A stretch of 64,000 bases of DNA, from NCBI RefSeq assembly GCF_009914755.1, contig NC_060927.1; one strand, written 5' to 3'. Made by a program: the position numbers and the translations under genes. The notes under the pieces were generated by a model. The model saw only the letters and a list, made by a program, of their open reading frames with translations. It was not told the origin of the DNA and did no database searches. Numbering within the stretch: position 1 is the stretch's first letter; the number at the start of each line of letters is the position of its first letter. The DNA comes from the human T2T-CHM13v2.0 reference genome, Homo sapiens. Positions 1-15,592 of this stretch are shown here, piece by piece.

Positions 1-1404
1 TATATTCACGTTGTGTAATACAAACTTCCCAAAGCCATACTATTTTTGCTATAGTCTTTAATGCATATGAAGACATTACAAGTTTATATTACTGTCATTT
101 ATATGCATATATAGATACCCATACATATAGAGGTAATGTTGGGACATCACAGATCATGGTTCTCTTTCATTGTCTACATAAAAATGCCTTCAGTTACCTT
201 TAGCAGCTTTTATACATCTATTTTCATTTTGAAGCATTTAGGCTCAAAAATCCCTTTTAGTTTATTTGTAATTTTTCTTTATTTGGGGTTGGTTTTTAGT
301 TAATATAACATTGCTAAAATGTTGGTTATTTATAAGTGTTTTTTAAAATGTTTTCCATGAGGAAAGAGTTGTCTGCTTATTAATAAATCTAGAAAACCTT
401 TTCATGTATTTTATATGTTTTATTTTGAAGCTCAATATTTTAAGTTCAGAATACTTACTGCATATATAAGTGCCTAAATAAGTTGTTTTCAAAAATTACT
501 TCTAAAATTGTTTGTTTTGCCAACCAAGATATTGCACAGAATATTAAATAAAACAAGCTGTTTTAGCTTTTTTGTTCAGCACTTTTCTTAAGTTAAACAT
601 ATTACATATAGTTGCCCAAGAAAATTACTAACTTTGATTCTTTGGGATTAATTATTTATTCTAGAATGGATTTTTCAGTTGACCTGTATATAGCAAGGTC
701 ATTAAAGAAAAATAAGGATGGACACAACATTTTCCTTTCTCCAGTCCTCAGAGAATCCTTGTCCTGCATGATTTCCTTAAGATAATGGCAAATGGTTCAT
801 CAATGACATCTGACATTTTCTTAATTACCCTCAGGGCACATGACATGAGAATGTTCTGATTTGAATTTCTCCAATTTTTCCATGAAATATGTTCTCATTT
901 CAGCCTCATTCTCATTCCATGCTCCAGGTAACAGGTTTCTTCCAACACTGAAAGTTTTATTGCTGGCTATTATTAGTGTGTCTCCTTACCTGTCAATGTA
1001 AGGAAATTTTATCTAATTCTCCTTTTTTGTTGCCTAATATATTTACATAGTTTTTGTAAAGGGAAGTAATTTTTATGGACTATGTTAGGGACATCTTCTA
1101 TCATCTATTTCTGGCCTTCCCATACCTAGCTCTACATAAATGGAAGTTTTATTAGACTTTTCAGCTTTTTTACCCGACCTTGCATTCTCTGTGTTTTATA
1201 CTTAGTTTTCTTAGTCAATGATTAACTATTGAGTTTTAAGGCGTATATTCACATTTAATTTAGGATATGATGGCATTTATCATCAGAATAAATTTTCAGT
1301 AAATTGAATTCTAAAATACTTTTTACTATACTCAGGCTATAATTTTGCCTGGACAAAGGTTGATGTCAGAGTTTCGTCAGAAATTTTCCCTTCATGGGAA
1401 TGAA

Positions 1405-1585
1405 AGTACTGCATTTGGAAACCAAAAGATATGGGTTTAATTATGTCTCTTTGTAATATTGGAACAAATTTAATCATCCACTTATTTTGTTGCAATATGT
1501 ACGAAACACAACTAAGAATCCCTGCCCTACCTACCTCACAAAGGAAAGTGTATATGAAAGCACTTTGTAGACCTCAAAGCTAAGG
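1405..1585 (+). mobile_element. MIR-family SINE fragment (old, degenerate)
   Basis: 'cctgccctacctacctcaca...gtatatgaaagcactttgtag' resembles the MIR 3' part; boundaries approximate. Confidence 0.45.
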
Positions 1586-2394
1586 ACAAGTGCAGTATAT
1601 TCTTTTTAAAACTACATTCTGTAAAGTACAAATAAGAAGATGATACTTTCTGAGAAACTGAAATAAAACTATTGAGGTCATGTCTTCCAAATTTAAGAGT
1701 TTCTGTGGCATTTACAGTTATCCTCTGGAAACTCTGTTGTGTACTTTATTTAGTCAGATGTTACGGGGTATAGGAAAGATCCTGCTTTTGTAGCTTGATA
1801 CTATAAAAATGGATAATCCCTATGTCATTCCCTAAGGGAGTAGGAAGCTATCAAAAGCTCTTCCCACACAACTCTCTCCCGCTGAGTTGATACACATACC
1901 TTTTCAGTTCAATGTCAAGCTCCCATTGTACTCTGTGTCAGTGGAACAGCTCCTCAAATTTCCTCATAACTTTCATTGCTAGTTTGCTTGCTGGTGCTAC
2001 AATATTGCCACTTGTATGCTCACTTCCTATTCCCAGGGATAAAATTCTGGCACAAATATCAGAAAATCAAAAAATGAAATGTTCACGTCTTCCTGGGAGG
2101 CTGTCTTTCTTTAATACTTGACATTTGGCATTACATTTTATTAGGCCAGACAGTGTAGGAAACAAAGGGAAAAAAGGGTTTCACAATTTTTTTAGTATAG
2201 TGAATGAGGAGAAGAAATATTATGTTCTGGATTTGATACATCCAAATTTTAAACAAATTAATATTAATAATTAAAGTGGCTAAAATGAAGTCCTAAGTAA
2301 AACTATCACCGTTTAGTTTTTATTTTGTCGTTTCAGCATACAAAATAGTCTTTCCCTTTCCAAGATAATTGCTTGGCATTTAATTACTTTTGGC

Positions 2395-2500
2395 TGAGTA
2401 CTAATTCTGGGCTTTGGACAATTCACTCACCTTGTTTCAGACTCCATCTTCTAAGCTGTAAGTGAGAATAGTAATACCTGATACAAATTCTGTAAATAGG
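2395..2500 (+). mobile_element. MIR core fragment
   Basis: 'ctttggacaattcactcacc...ctgtaagtgagaatagtaatacct' resembles the MIR core (ttgggcaagttacttaacc...ctgtaaaatggggataataatacct). Confidence 0.4.
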
Positions 2501-4989
2501 AATTGGGAAAAAATCAGGAAATCATTTTTAATTGAATGTAACAAATTATAATTGGTATATGTTTCATCCTCAGCAAGATCTGCAGAACGTATATAAACAA
2601 ACTTGCAGACAAAAATTGTAGATATTGGGCTGTTCCATCAAAGAACGTAATATATAATTGTGGTTCCAAAAACCACTTATATTATACAAGAACAGAATAC
2701 ATAGAAATATATTTACTAAATGTTGTGGCTCAATTACTATAACAAGATATTCATCGAAGTTAAGATCAATAAAAACTAAAGTAGTAGAAATAAAAAGGGT
2801 TTCACATAGATTTCCTGGGAAGTGTGAGAGTGTATATCTTCTAGGTATGCAGAGGGTTGGACAGAAAAACTCACAGGTAAATAGAGTAGCCTTCATGAAT
2901 GCATAATTGCAAAATAAGGAGTCAATATAGGGCAAGGACAATACTAACCTGATATTAAATAAAAAGAAATGCTTGGAACTAAATTTAAATTCTTTGCCCA
3001 AGTAGGATGAAATCAGTTTAGAGAAACTTTCAAAAGTAGAGACATAAAAATTTAGTGGGATGGGAAATATAAAATACATAAAAGCTTTTGACAAATGAAA
3101 TTAAATAAGGATTTTTTTAGACTTTTCCAACTTTTGTAAATGAGAAATAGTCTAGCAACAATGAGAGGGGATATTAGATTTGGGAAGGCTAGCTATGGGT
3201 CGGTGGTACTTATTTATATTAGGGGTGGCAGTGTTATGTACTAAGGTACTAGTTGGGGGAAGAGAAAAAACAAAGAATAAACTCACAGGAAAACAATAAC
3301 ATAGCCAAGACCAAGTATCAGCTCTTAGATTGAGAGAAACTGGAGCAAATCATATTGTTATTCTTCCCTGAGAATTCCTCTCACCCTACCATTTCAATAC
3401 AAGCAAAATCTAGTTCAAATCAACATTAGTTAACAACCACGAAAAAGAAAATAACTCACCAAAAAGAGAACCTGATACATATGTACTAAAATGGAATAGT
3501 TCCTTTGTTATGGCAATGATGGCAGAGTTTCTGGGCTGATTTTAATTTTTTTCAGATATGATTTACCTGATATTTAGCTTCAGCTTGCGAAACTCTTATT
3601 GTCTACCTCTCAGAGTAACTAAACAGGATTCCACAACATGGAGCCTTCCAAAGCTGGGGTCTGAGCTGATTTTGCAAAATTGCTCTTTGTTAGATACACT
3701 TCTAAAAGCAGCTGTCAAATCAAACAGGCTGCATTGGCTACAAGCTATTGAAAGCAAAAAGACAAACATAAAATAAATGATTGACCTGGCTCAGTATTGT
3801 AGAGAAGGAAAGCTATGCGTGTCAGTCATAGCACCATACAATTCTTCTGGGAACAGATAAAACATGTAAGAGGGGAGAAAAAGAACAACACCCCCCCACA
3901 AAAAAAACCTGAAAAAAGATGTAAAGTCCAAAGAAAGAAATAAAACCCAGTGGAAAACAAAAGGCAGGCACAGCACAATAGAAAAGGCCAGATTCATTTT
4001 TATATAGAAGAAAATTCAAGCATTTATTTCCCCTTCCTTTCAAGCTGATCACCTTAAGGCCATACTGGTTCACAGAAACAACTCAAAAAGCACAGCAGAG
4101 CCACAAGAGCATCTGATGAAGAAAAGAATCAATGAAGACAAGCTGGTTTAACTTTGAAGAATTATTAACCACGAGAAAAGTCAAAATGCTTCAGAAACAA
4201 GGAAATGTAAGTCAAAGAGGAGAGTGAGAAAGATTTATTTTTACATCCAGTTGACATGCCAGTTTACCCAGTCAAGAACTAAGGTAATAGCTTAAAACAT
4301 CTTGGGAACTTTTCTATGAAGTATGGTAAAACAAGAATAGAAAGGGCTTGCCAGCTCTGCAGGAATTCACATACTTATTGAATTCCTAATTACCCAAAGG
4401 CATCTTTTTTACTTTTTCTAATCAGATGATCTTTGTTCACTGCTGCTAAAAAATTTAATATCACTTTAAAAGTCATACTGAATCTATTATGGTTAAGATT
4501 TGAAAAAGTAATCCTTCCCAATGAGGGGTATCTCTGCTTTCAATGATATCTTTTATGCAACTGGACAGCTGGCGTTTCTTAAAAAAGAACCTATGGCAAT
4601 TTTGATGTATTTAAAAAGAGTTTTGGAAACAATATAATCACGATACAAACCCACCAATATGATGTTTATATTTAGCTTATGTAAGAATGGCAGAAGTAGA
4701 TTACATACACCTTCGATTCTATAAAATAAGAAAATGTAAGTACATTACATTACATTTTAAAAAATAAATATTACTTACAATTAAATGTAGTACCTTTGTG
4801 AAACATAAATAGCTAAGATAGATTGATAGGCACCTGACTCCACTCACAAACACAGAGAAATACGTAAACTATAGCTTCCCTATATCCACAAACTATTTTC
4901 TCCATCTCCTATTCTTCCCCTGGAATCCATCATTTCCTCTAGAGTGATCAGGGATGCACATTATCCTAAAGTCATCTATTTTATATTGG

Positions 4990-5860
4990 TAGAACATTTG
5001 AGTACTTATCCAGGTTTCCCTTGCCAGTCTAAGACATTGCTCCACCGTACTCACATAACATCCTGTCTCGTCTGAATCTCATGTTCATATTTACCACCGC
5101 CTATCTCCACTCTCCTACTCAGAATAAACTATTAACCTCCTAGTCACTCCTCTTCAGTTTTGCAGACACATTTCCTGTATTCTTATCTATCTAATCAGTG
5201 TATCATCCTGGGTGATATTATTTTCCACATGGGTGGCCCACGCAGCACCACAGTCATCCACTTCAGCAGAATATTTTCCCTCCTCTACACTGAAGCTATA
5301 CTCTTCTCTGTCCACAAACTATGGATTTGTCATTTCCCCCATACTATTATATCTTTAAAATAATAAACTTATTTATCCCACTCTAACTAAAATATCACAT
5401 TCTTTTGGCTCCATTAACTCAGTTACTTCCTTTTCAACTTTTCGTCTACCTAATAATCTTCTGCAGTCCTATGATAGCACTGCTATCTTATTAAATCATT
5501 TTTCACCTTTTTAAACTTCTGGCCCTACGATATCATTATTGATTCTCAGTAGATGATTTGTACTCTTAATTCAAAGACAATAAGGAAGTAATTAAATGGA
5601 AAAACCTTCAGCTTTCTTCCTTCAAACTAAAATATTAATTTCCCCCCATCTTTTTATTATTTTTCTTCCTTTTTTCCATGTTTTTCTGTTTGGTGAACTT
5701 CTACTCAAACAATGGTCAGGTCTTAGCTTTTTTCATATTGATCCCACTGCTCTATCCAATATTCTTTTGGCTTCAAAACATCTTATATTTCCTCTTTCTT
5801 TCTATATATTTACTGACATATTGCAATATCCTATCAAGTTAGCTAAATTATTCACTTTTT
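4990..5860 (+). mobile_element. L2 LINE fragment (very degenerate)
   Basis: C/T-rich sequence with 'ctcagtagatgatttgtactcttaattcaaagacaataaggaagtaattaaa', resembling an L2 ORF2 motif; edges uncertain. Confidence 0.45.
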
Positions 5861-7973
5861 CTGGCAGATCCCAGAATACTTATTTGCATTTATATGTGTA
5901 TAGTGTCCACAGGGGACTTCAAAAAGTTCATAAAAATGGAATTAAAATATGAAAATAGAAAATAGAAACTTTTTTTATATTTTACTTTAAGTTCTGGGAT
6001 ACATGTGCAGAACGTGCTGGTTTGTTACATAGGTATACATGGGCCATGGTGGTTTGCTGTACCTATCAACTCATCATCTAGGTTTTAAGCCTTGCGTGTA
6101 TTAGGTATTGTTCCTATTTCTCTCCCTTCCCTTTCCCCCAAACCCCCAACAGGCCCCGGTGTGTGTTGTTCCCCTCCCTGCGTCCATGTTTTCTCATTGT
6201 TCAACTCCCACTTATGAGTCAGAACATGTGGTGTTTGGTTTGCTGGTCCTGTGTTAGTTTGCTGAGGATAATGGCGTTCAGCTTCATCCATGTCCTTGCA
6301 AAGGACATGAACTCATTCTTTTATGGCTGCATAGTATTCTGTGGTGTATATGTGCCACACTTTCTTTATCCAGACTGTCACTGATGGGCATTTGGGTTGG
6401 TTCCAAGTCTTTGCTATTGTAAATAGTGCTGCGATAAACATACGTGTGCATATGTCTTTATATTAGAATGATTTATAATCCTTTGGGTACGTGCCCAGTA
6501 ATGGGATTGTTGGGTCAAATGGTATTTCTGGTTCTAGATCCTTGAGGAATTGCCACACTGTCTTCCACAATGGTTGAACTAATTTACATTCCTACTAACA
6601 CTGTAAAAGTGTTCCTATTTCTCCACAGTCTTCCCAGCATCTGTTGTTTCCTGACTTTTTAATAATTGCCGTTCTAACTGGTGTGAGATGATATCTCATT
6701 CTGGTTTTGATTTGCATTTCTCTAATGACCAGCGATGATGAGCTTTTTTATGTTTGTTGGCTGCATGAATGTCTTCTTTTGAGAAATGTCTGTTCATATA
6801 CTTCCCCAACTTTTTGATGAGGTTTTTTTTTCTTGTAAATTTGTTTAAGTTCCTTGTAGATTCTGGATATGAGACCTTTGTCAGATGAGTAGCTTTCAAA
6901 TTTTTTGTCCCATTCTGTAGGTTCCCTTTTCACTCTGATGATAGATTCTTTTGCTGTGCAGAAGCTCTTTTATTTGACTATATCCCATTTGTCAATTTTG
7001 GCTTTTGTTGCAATTGCTTTTGGTGTTTTAATCATGAAGTCTTTGACCATGCCTATGTCCTGAATGTTATTGCCTAGGTTTTCTTCTAGGGTTTTTATGG
7101 TTTGGGGCTTTACATTTCAGTCTTTGATCCATCTTGAGTTAATATTTGTAGAAGGTTAAGGAAGGAGTCCAGTTTCAGTTTTCTGTATATGGCCAAAGCC
7201 CGTTTTCCCAGCACCATTTATTAAATATGGGATCCTTTTCCCATTGCTTGTTTTTGTCAGGTTTGTCAAAGGTCAGATGGTTGTAGATGTGTGGTGTTAT
7301 TTCTGAGGCCTCTGTTCTGTTCCATTGGTCTATATCTCTGTTTTGATACCAGTACCATGCTGTTTTGGTTACTGTGGCCTTGTAGCGTAGTTTGGAGTCA
7401 CGTAGCATGATGCCTCTAGCTTTGTTCTTTTTGCTTAGGATTGTCTTGGCTATGTGAGCTCTCTTTTGTTTCCATTTGAAATTTAAAGTAGTTTTTTCCA
7501 ATTCTGTGAAGAAAGTCAGTGGTAGCTTGATAGGAATAGCATTGAATCTATAAATTATTTTGGGCAGTATGGCCATTTTCATGATGTTGATTCTTCCTGT
7601 CCACTAGCATGGAATGTTTTTCCATTTGGTTGTGTCCTCTTTTATTTCCTTGAGCAGTGGTTTGTAGTTCTCCTTGAAGAAGTCCTTTACATCCCTTGTA
7701 AGTTGTATTCCTAGGTATTTTATTCTCTTTGTAGCAATTGTGAATGGGAGTTTATTCATGATTTGTCTCTTTGCTTGTCCATTGCTAGTGTACAGGAATG
7801 CTTGTGATTTTTGCACATTGATTTTTGTATCCTGAGACTTTGTTGAAGTTGCTTATCAGATTAAGAAGTTTTGGGGCTGAAAAGATGGGGCTTTCTAAAT
7901 ATACAATCATGTAGTCTGCAAACAGAGACAATTTGACTTCCTCTCTTGCTATGTGAATACGCTTTATTTCTTT

Positions 7974-9507
7974 TTTTTTTTTTTTTTTTTTTTTTTTCTT
8001 TTTTAATTATTATTATTATTATACTTTAAGTTTTAGGGTACATGTGCACATTGTGCAGGTTAGTTACATATGTATACATGTGCCATGCTGGTGCGCTGCA
8101 CCCACTAACGTGTCATCTAGCATTAGATATATCTCCCAATGCTATCCCTCCCCACTCCCCCGACCCCACCACAGTCCCCAGAGTGTGATATTCCCCTGCC
8201 TGTGTCCATGTGATCTCATTGTTCAATTCCCACCTATGAGTGAGAATATGTGGTGTTTGGTTTTTTGTTCTTGCGATAGTTTACTGAGAATGATGGTTTC
8301 CAATTTCATCCATGTCCCTACAAAGGACATGAACTCATCATTTTTTATGGCTGCATAGTATTCCATGGTGTATATGTGCCACATTTTCTTAATCCAGTCT
8401 ATCATTGTTGGACATTTGGGTTGGTTCCAAGTCTTTGCTATTGTGAATAATGCCGCAATAAACATACGTGTGCATGTGTCTTTATAGCAGCATGATTTAT
8501 AGTCATTTGGGTATATACCCAGTAATGGGATGGCTGGGTCAAATGGTATTTCTAGTTCTAGATCCCTGAGGAATCGCCACACTGACTTCCACAATGGTTG
8601 AACTAGTTTACAGTCCCACCAACAGTGTAAAAGTGTTCCTATTTCTCCACATCCTCTCCAGCACCTGTTGTTTCCTGACTTTTTAATGATTGCCATTCTA
8701 ACTGGTGTGAGATGATATCTCATAGTGGTTTTGATTTGCATTTCTCTGATGGCCAGTGATGATGAGCATTTTTTCATGTGTTTTTTGGCTGCATAAATGT
8801 CTTCTTTTGAGAAGTGTCTGTTCATGTCCTTCGCCCACTTTTTGATGGGGTTGTTTGTTTTTTTCTTGTAAATTTGTTTGAGTTCATTGTAGATTCTGGA
8901 TATTAGCCCTTTGTCAGATGAGTAGGTTGCGAAAATTTTCTCCCATGTTGTAGGTTGCCTGTTCACTCTGATGGTAGTTTCTTTTGCGGTGCAGAAGCTC
9001 TTTAGTTTAATTAGATCCCATTTGTCAATTTTGGCTTTTGTTGCCATTGCTTTTGGTGTTTTGGACATGAAGTCCTTGCCCACGCCTATGTCCTGAATGG
9101 TAATGCCTAGGTTTTCTTCTAGGGTTTTTATGGTTTTAGGTCTAACGTTTAAATCTTTAATCCATCTTGAATTGATTTTTGTATAAGGTGTAAGGAAGGG
9201 ATCCAGTTTCAGCTTTCTACATATGGCTAGCCAGTTTTCCCAGCACCATTTATTAAATAGGGAATCCTTTCCCCATTGCTTGTTTTTCTCAGGTTTGTCA
9301 AAGATCAGATAGTTGTGGATATGCGGCATTATTTCTGAGGGCTCTGTTCTGTTCCATTGATCTATATCTCTGTTTTGGTACCAGTACCATGCTGTTTTGG
9401 TTACTGTAGCCTTGTAGTATAGTTTGAAGTCAGGTAGTGTGATGCCTCCAGCTTTGTTCTTTTGGCTTAGGATTGACTTGGCGATGCGGGCTCTTTTTTG
9501 GTTCCAT
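7974..9507 (-). mobile_element. Young L1HS-type (pre-Ta-like, ACG/A) LINE-1, 5'-truncated ~1.5 kb, nested in L1PA8
   Basis: 17-bp TSD atacgctttatttcttt at 7957-7973 and 9508-9524. Long poly(A) (T-run from 7971). Minus strand reads GATGAC-ACG-TTAGTGGG (8109-8111). ORF2 C-terminus is open to the natural stop (…FSLIGGN*). Confidence 0.92.
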
Positions 9508-9851
9508 ATACGCTTTATTTCTTTCTCCTGCCTGATTTCCCTGGCCAGAACTTCCAATACTATTTTAAATAGGAGTGGTGAGAGAGGGCATCCTTGTCTT
9601 GTGCTGGTTTTCAAAAGGAGTGCTTCCAGCTTTTGCCCATTCAGTGTGATATTGGCTATGGATTTGTCATAAATAGCTCTCATTATTTTGAGATATGTTC
9701 CAACAATACCTAGTTTATTGAGAATTTTTAGCATGAAAAGATGTTGAATTTTATCAAAGGCCTTTTCTGCATCTATTAAGATAATCATGTGGTTTTTGTC
9801 ATTGGTTATGTTTATATTTGAACCAGCCTTGCATCCTAGGGATGAAGCCAA
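8223..9851 (-). pseudogene. Chimeric L1 ORF2 reading frame (L1PA8 RT N-part fused in frame to L1HS C-terminal ~428 aa); lacks the endonuclease and the FADD catalytic motif
   Basis: 542-aa ORF: '[16 protein letters not shown]...[11 protein letters not shown]...[10 protein letters not shown]|[10 protein letters not shown]...FSLIGGN'. The junction coincides with the TSD boundary. Confidence 0.85.
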
Positions 9852-10499
9852 CTTGATTGTGGTGGATAAGCTTTTCGATGTGCTGCTGGATTCGATTTGC
9901 TAGTATTTTATTGAGGATTTTCACATTGATGTTCATCAGGGATATTGGCCTGAAATTTTCATTTTTTGTTGTGTCTCTGCCAGGTTTTGGTATCAGGATG
10001 ATGTTGGCCTTATAAAATCATTTAGGGATGAGGCCCTCTTTTTCTACTGTTTGTAATAGTTTCACAAGGAATGGTACCAGCTCCACTTTGTGCCTCTGGT
10101 AGAATTCAGCTGTGAATCTGTCTGGTCCTTGGCTTTTTTTCATTGGTAGGCTATTAATTACTGCCTCAGTTTCAGAACTTGTTATTGGTGTATTCAGGGA
10201 CTTGACTTCCTTCTGGTTTAGTTATGGGAGGGTGTATGTATCCAGAAATTTATTAATTTCTTCTAGATTTTCTAGTTTATTTGCGGAGACGTGTTCATAG
10301 TATTTTCTGATAGTAATTTGTATTTCTGTGGGGTCAGTGGTGATATCCTCTTTATCATTTTTATTGTGTCTATTTGATTCTTCTATCTCTTATTCTTTTT
10401 TCTCTTATTCTTTTTTCATCTAGCTAGTGGTCCATCTATTTTGTTAATCTTATTAAAAGAAACAGTTCCTGGATTTCTTAAAATAATTTTCATCAGCTT

Positions 10500-11569
10500 C
10501 TAGTCACTTTTGTAAGCAATCATACCAGCCATTTAGTCTATCCCTAAAGAACTGAGGTTCCTGGAAATTTAACTATGTCAATGCAGTTTTTGTTACATTA
10601 CTAATAAAAAAAAAATCAATGCCATTTGAATACTTTTTCAAGGTCGGAAAACTAAAAGAAGTCAAAAGGAGCCAAATCAAGGCTACATAGTGGATGTCTA
10701 ATGATTTCTCAAAGATACTTTTACAAAATTTCCCTTATTTGATGAGAGGAATGAGCAGGGGCATTGTCACGGTGAAGAAGGACTCTGGTGAAGCTTTCCA
10801 AAGTGTCTTTTGCTAATGCTTTGGTTAACTTTCTTAAAATATTCTCATCCATAGGAAATGTTATTGTTTCTTGGTTCTCCAGAAAGTCAGCAAGGAAAAC
10901 AACTTTGAGCATCCCCCAAATTGTTGCCATGACCTTTGCTTTCGACCAGTCTGCTTTTACTTTGACTAGACTACTTTCACCTCTGGTAGCCATTGCTTTG
11001 ATTTTGTTTTGTCCGTAGGATCATACTGGTAAAGACGATTGTGTTTTGTCCATAGGATCATACTGGTAAAGACATGTTTCATCTCCTGTTACAATTATTT
11101 GAAGTAATCCTTCAGCATTTTTACCTCACTTGCTTAAAATTTCCATTAAAAGCCATACTCTTATCTGCAGCTGATCTGAGCACAATGGTTTTGGAACCTA
11201 TTGAGTAGAAATTTTGCTCAACTTTAATTTCTCAGTGAGAATTAGGTATGCCAAACCAATTGAGATGTCTGTGGTGTTGGCTATTGTATTTTCTGTACCT
11301 TCTGTTAATTGTTTGTCCTCTTCAGTATGGACATAAGCAAGATTCATTTTTTTCTCTTGAAAGTTGATGTATATGGTCTAACTGCAGGCTTCATCTTTAA
11401 CGTATTTCATCCCTTCTTAAAACAAGTTATCCATTTATAAACTGCTGATTTATTTGGGGCCATTGTCTCCATAAAGTTTTTGTAAAGCATCAGTGATTTT
11501 ACCAGTCTTCAGCCTAAACTTCATCATAAATTTGATGTTTGTTGTTGCTTCAATTTTAGCAGAATTCAT
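10500..11569 (-). pseudogene. Decayed mariner (HSMAR2) transposase
   Basis: ATG at 11569, early stop after '...YGDNGPK', a 37-bp frameshifting duplication at 11000-11073, and a residual HxDNAPAH catalytic-region motif. Confidence 0.8.
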
Positions 11570-12208
11570 GTTGCTTTCATAAGACTCTTTTCAAACTGTG
11601 TCTTCTCCTTCTTGGTGCCTCAAATTACATCCTGTTCAGATATGTTCTAACAAGTTGATATGAGTCTACTTTTGTGTAAAAAATTGAAATCCATGCATTG
11701 TTTCCTCAGCAATTTTCCATGAATATTTTGAAGACCCTTACGTGTATGTATGTGTATCTATATCACAACATGTATCTTTGTGTGTTTATATATACATATT
11801 TAACTATATAGTTTTTCCCTTGTTAACATTCAAATAAATCATTTACACTTCTGTCTAAGTGTAAATTAAGTCATCCCACTTCTTAATAAAGTCGTTAGCC
11901 AACATAAACTCAAAAAGAACATGTTTATAAACTTTAGCAGAGTTTTTTTGGTACAGTTTTAGATTTATAGAAAAATTGACAAAATAGTAAAGAGTTCATA
12001 TAAATGCAACATAGAAATTATTATTAACATGTTATTTTCATGTGGCGTATTTATTACAATTAATGAGTCAATAGTAATACATTGTTATTAACTAAAGTTC
12101 ATAGTTTATACAGATTCTCTTAGTTTTCACCTAATGTCCTGTTTCTGCTTCAGCATTCCATCCAGGCTATCACACTGCACTTAGTTCGGTTTAGTCATGT
12201 TTTCTTAG

Positions 12209-12691
<483 letters not shown>

Positions 12692-12879
12692 TAGACTTTT
12701 CTTGTTTTTATGACTTTGACACTTTATCACCTGACTGAGATAGTGTTTGTCAGGTTTTCTCAGTATAAAATTACTCCTCTGATTATTTTTTTTCGCTCTT
12801 TGAAATAAATTAGCTATGTAAGGCCCGTAAAGAAGAGGTGGAGAGTTAGGCTTCTTCCCTGAGGACATAGTATCTAATA

Positions 12880-15592
<2,713 letters not shown>

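Larger units (their letters stand above)
5968..10478 (-). mobile_element. L1PA8-like LINE-1, 5'-truncated (pieces 5968-7973 and 9508-10478)
   Basis: 3'UTR 'tcatctaggttttaagcc...attaggtatt' typical of L1PA8. ORF2 fragments 7175-7582 and 7604-7816. The RT motif reads FADYM instead of FADDM at ~7905-7925. Confidence 0.88.
5910..11740 (-). mobile_element. HSMAR2 mariner DNA transposon, essentially full-length (~1.3 kb in two pieces: 5910-5970 and ~10474-11740), interrupted by L1
   Basis: Inverted terminal repeats 'caggggacttcaaaaagttcataaaaatg' (5910) and 'ttttccatgaatattttgaagaccctta' (~11713-11740). Transposase start on the minus strand at 11569 (MNSAKIEATTNIKFMMK). ORF 10721-10993 gives 'KAKVMATIW...LLHRDNAPAH', a mariner motif. 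Confidence 0.9.

Noticed and set aside
2570-3094. 174-aa minus-strand ORF
   Set aside because: Non-ATG start, F/L/I-rich composition typical of AT-rich non-coding DNA, and no recognisable domain.
3541-4290. Possible plus-strand exons (acceptor-like ttttttttcag at ~3555; donor-like gtaagt at ~4207)
   Set aside because: Splice-like motifs are common by chance, and no recognisable protein or consistent exon chain emerges.
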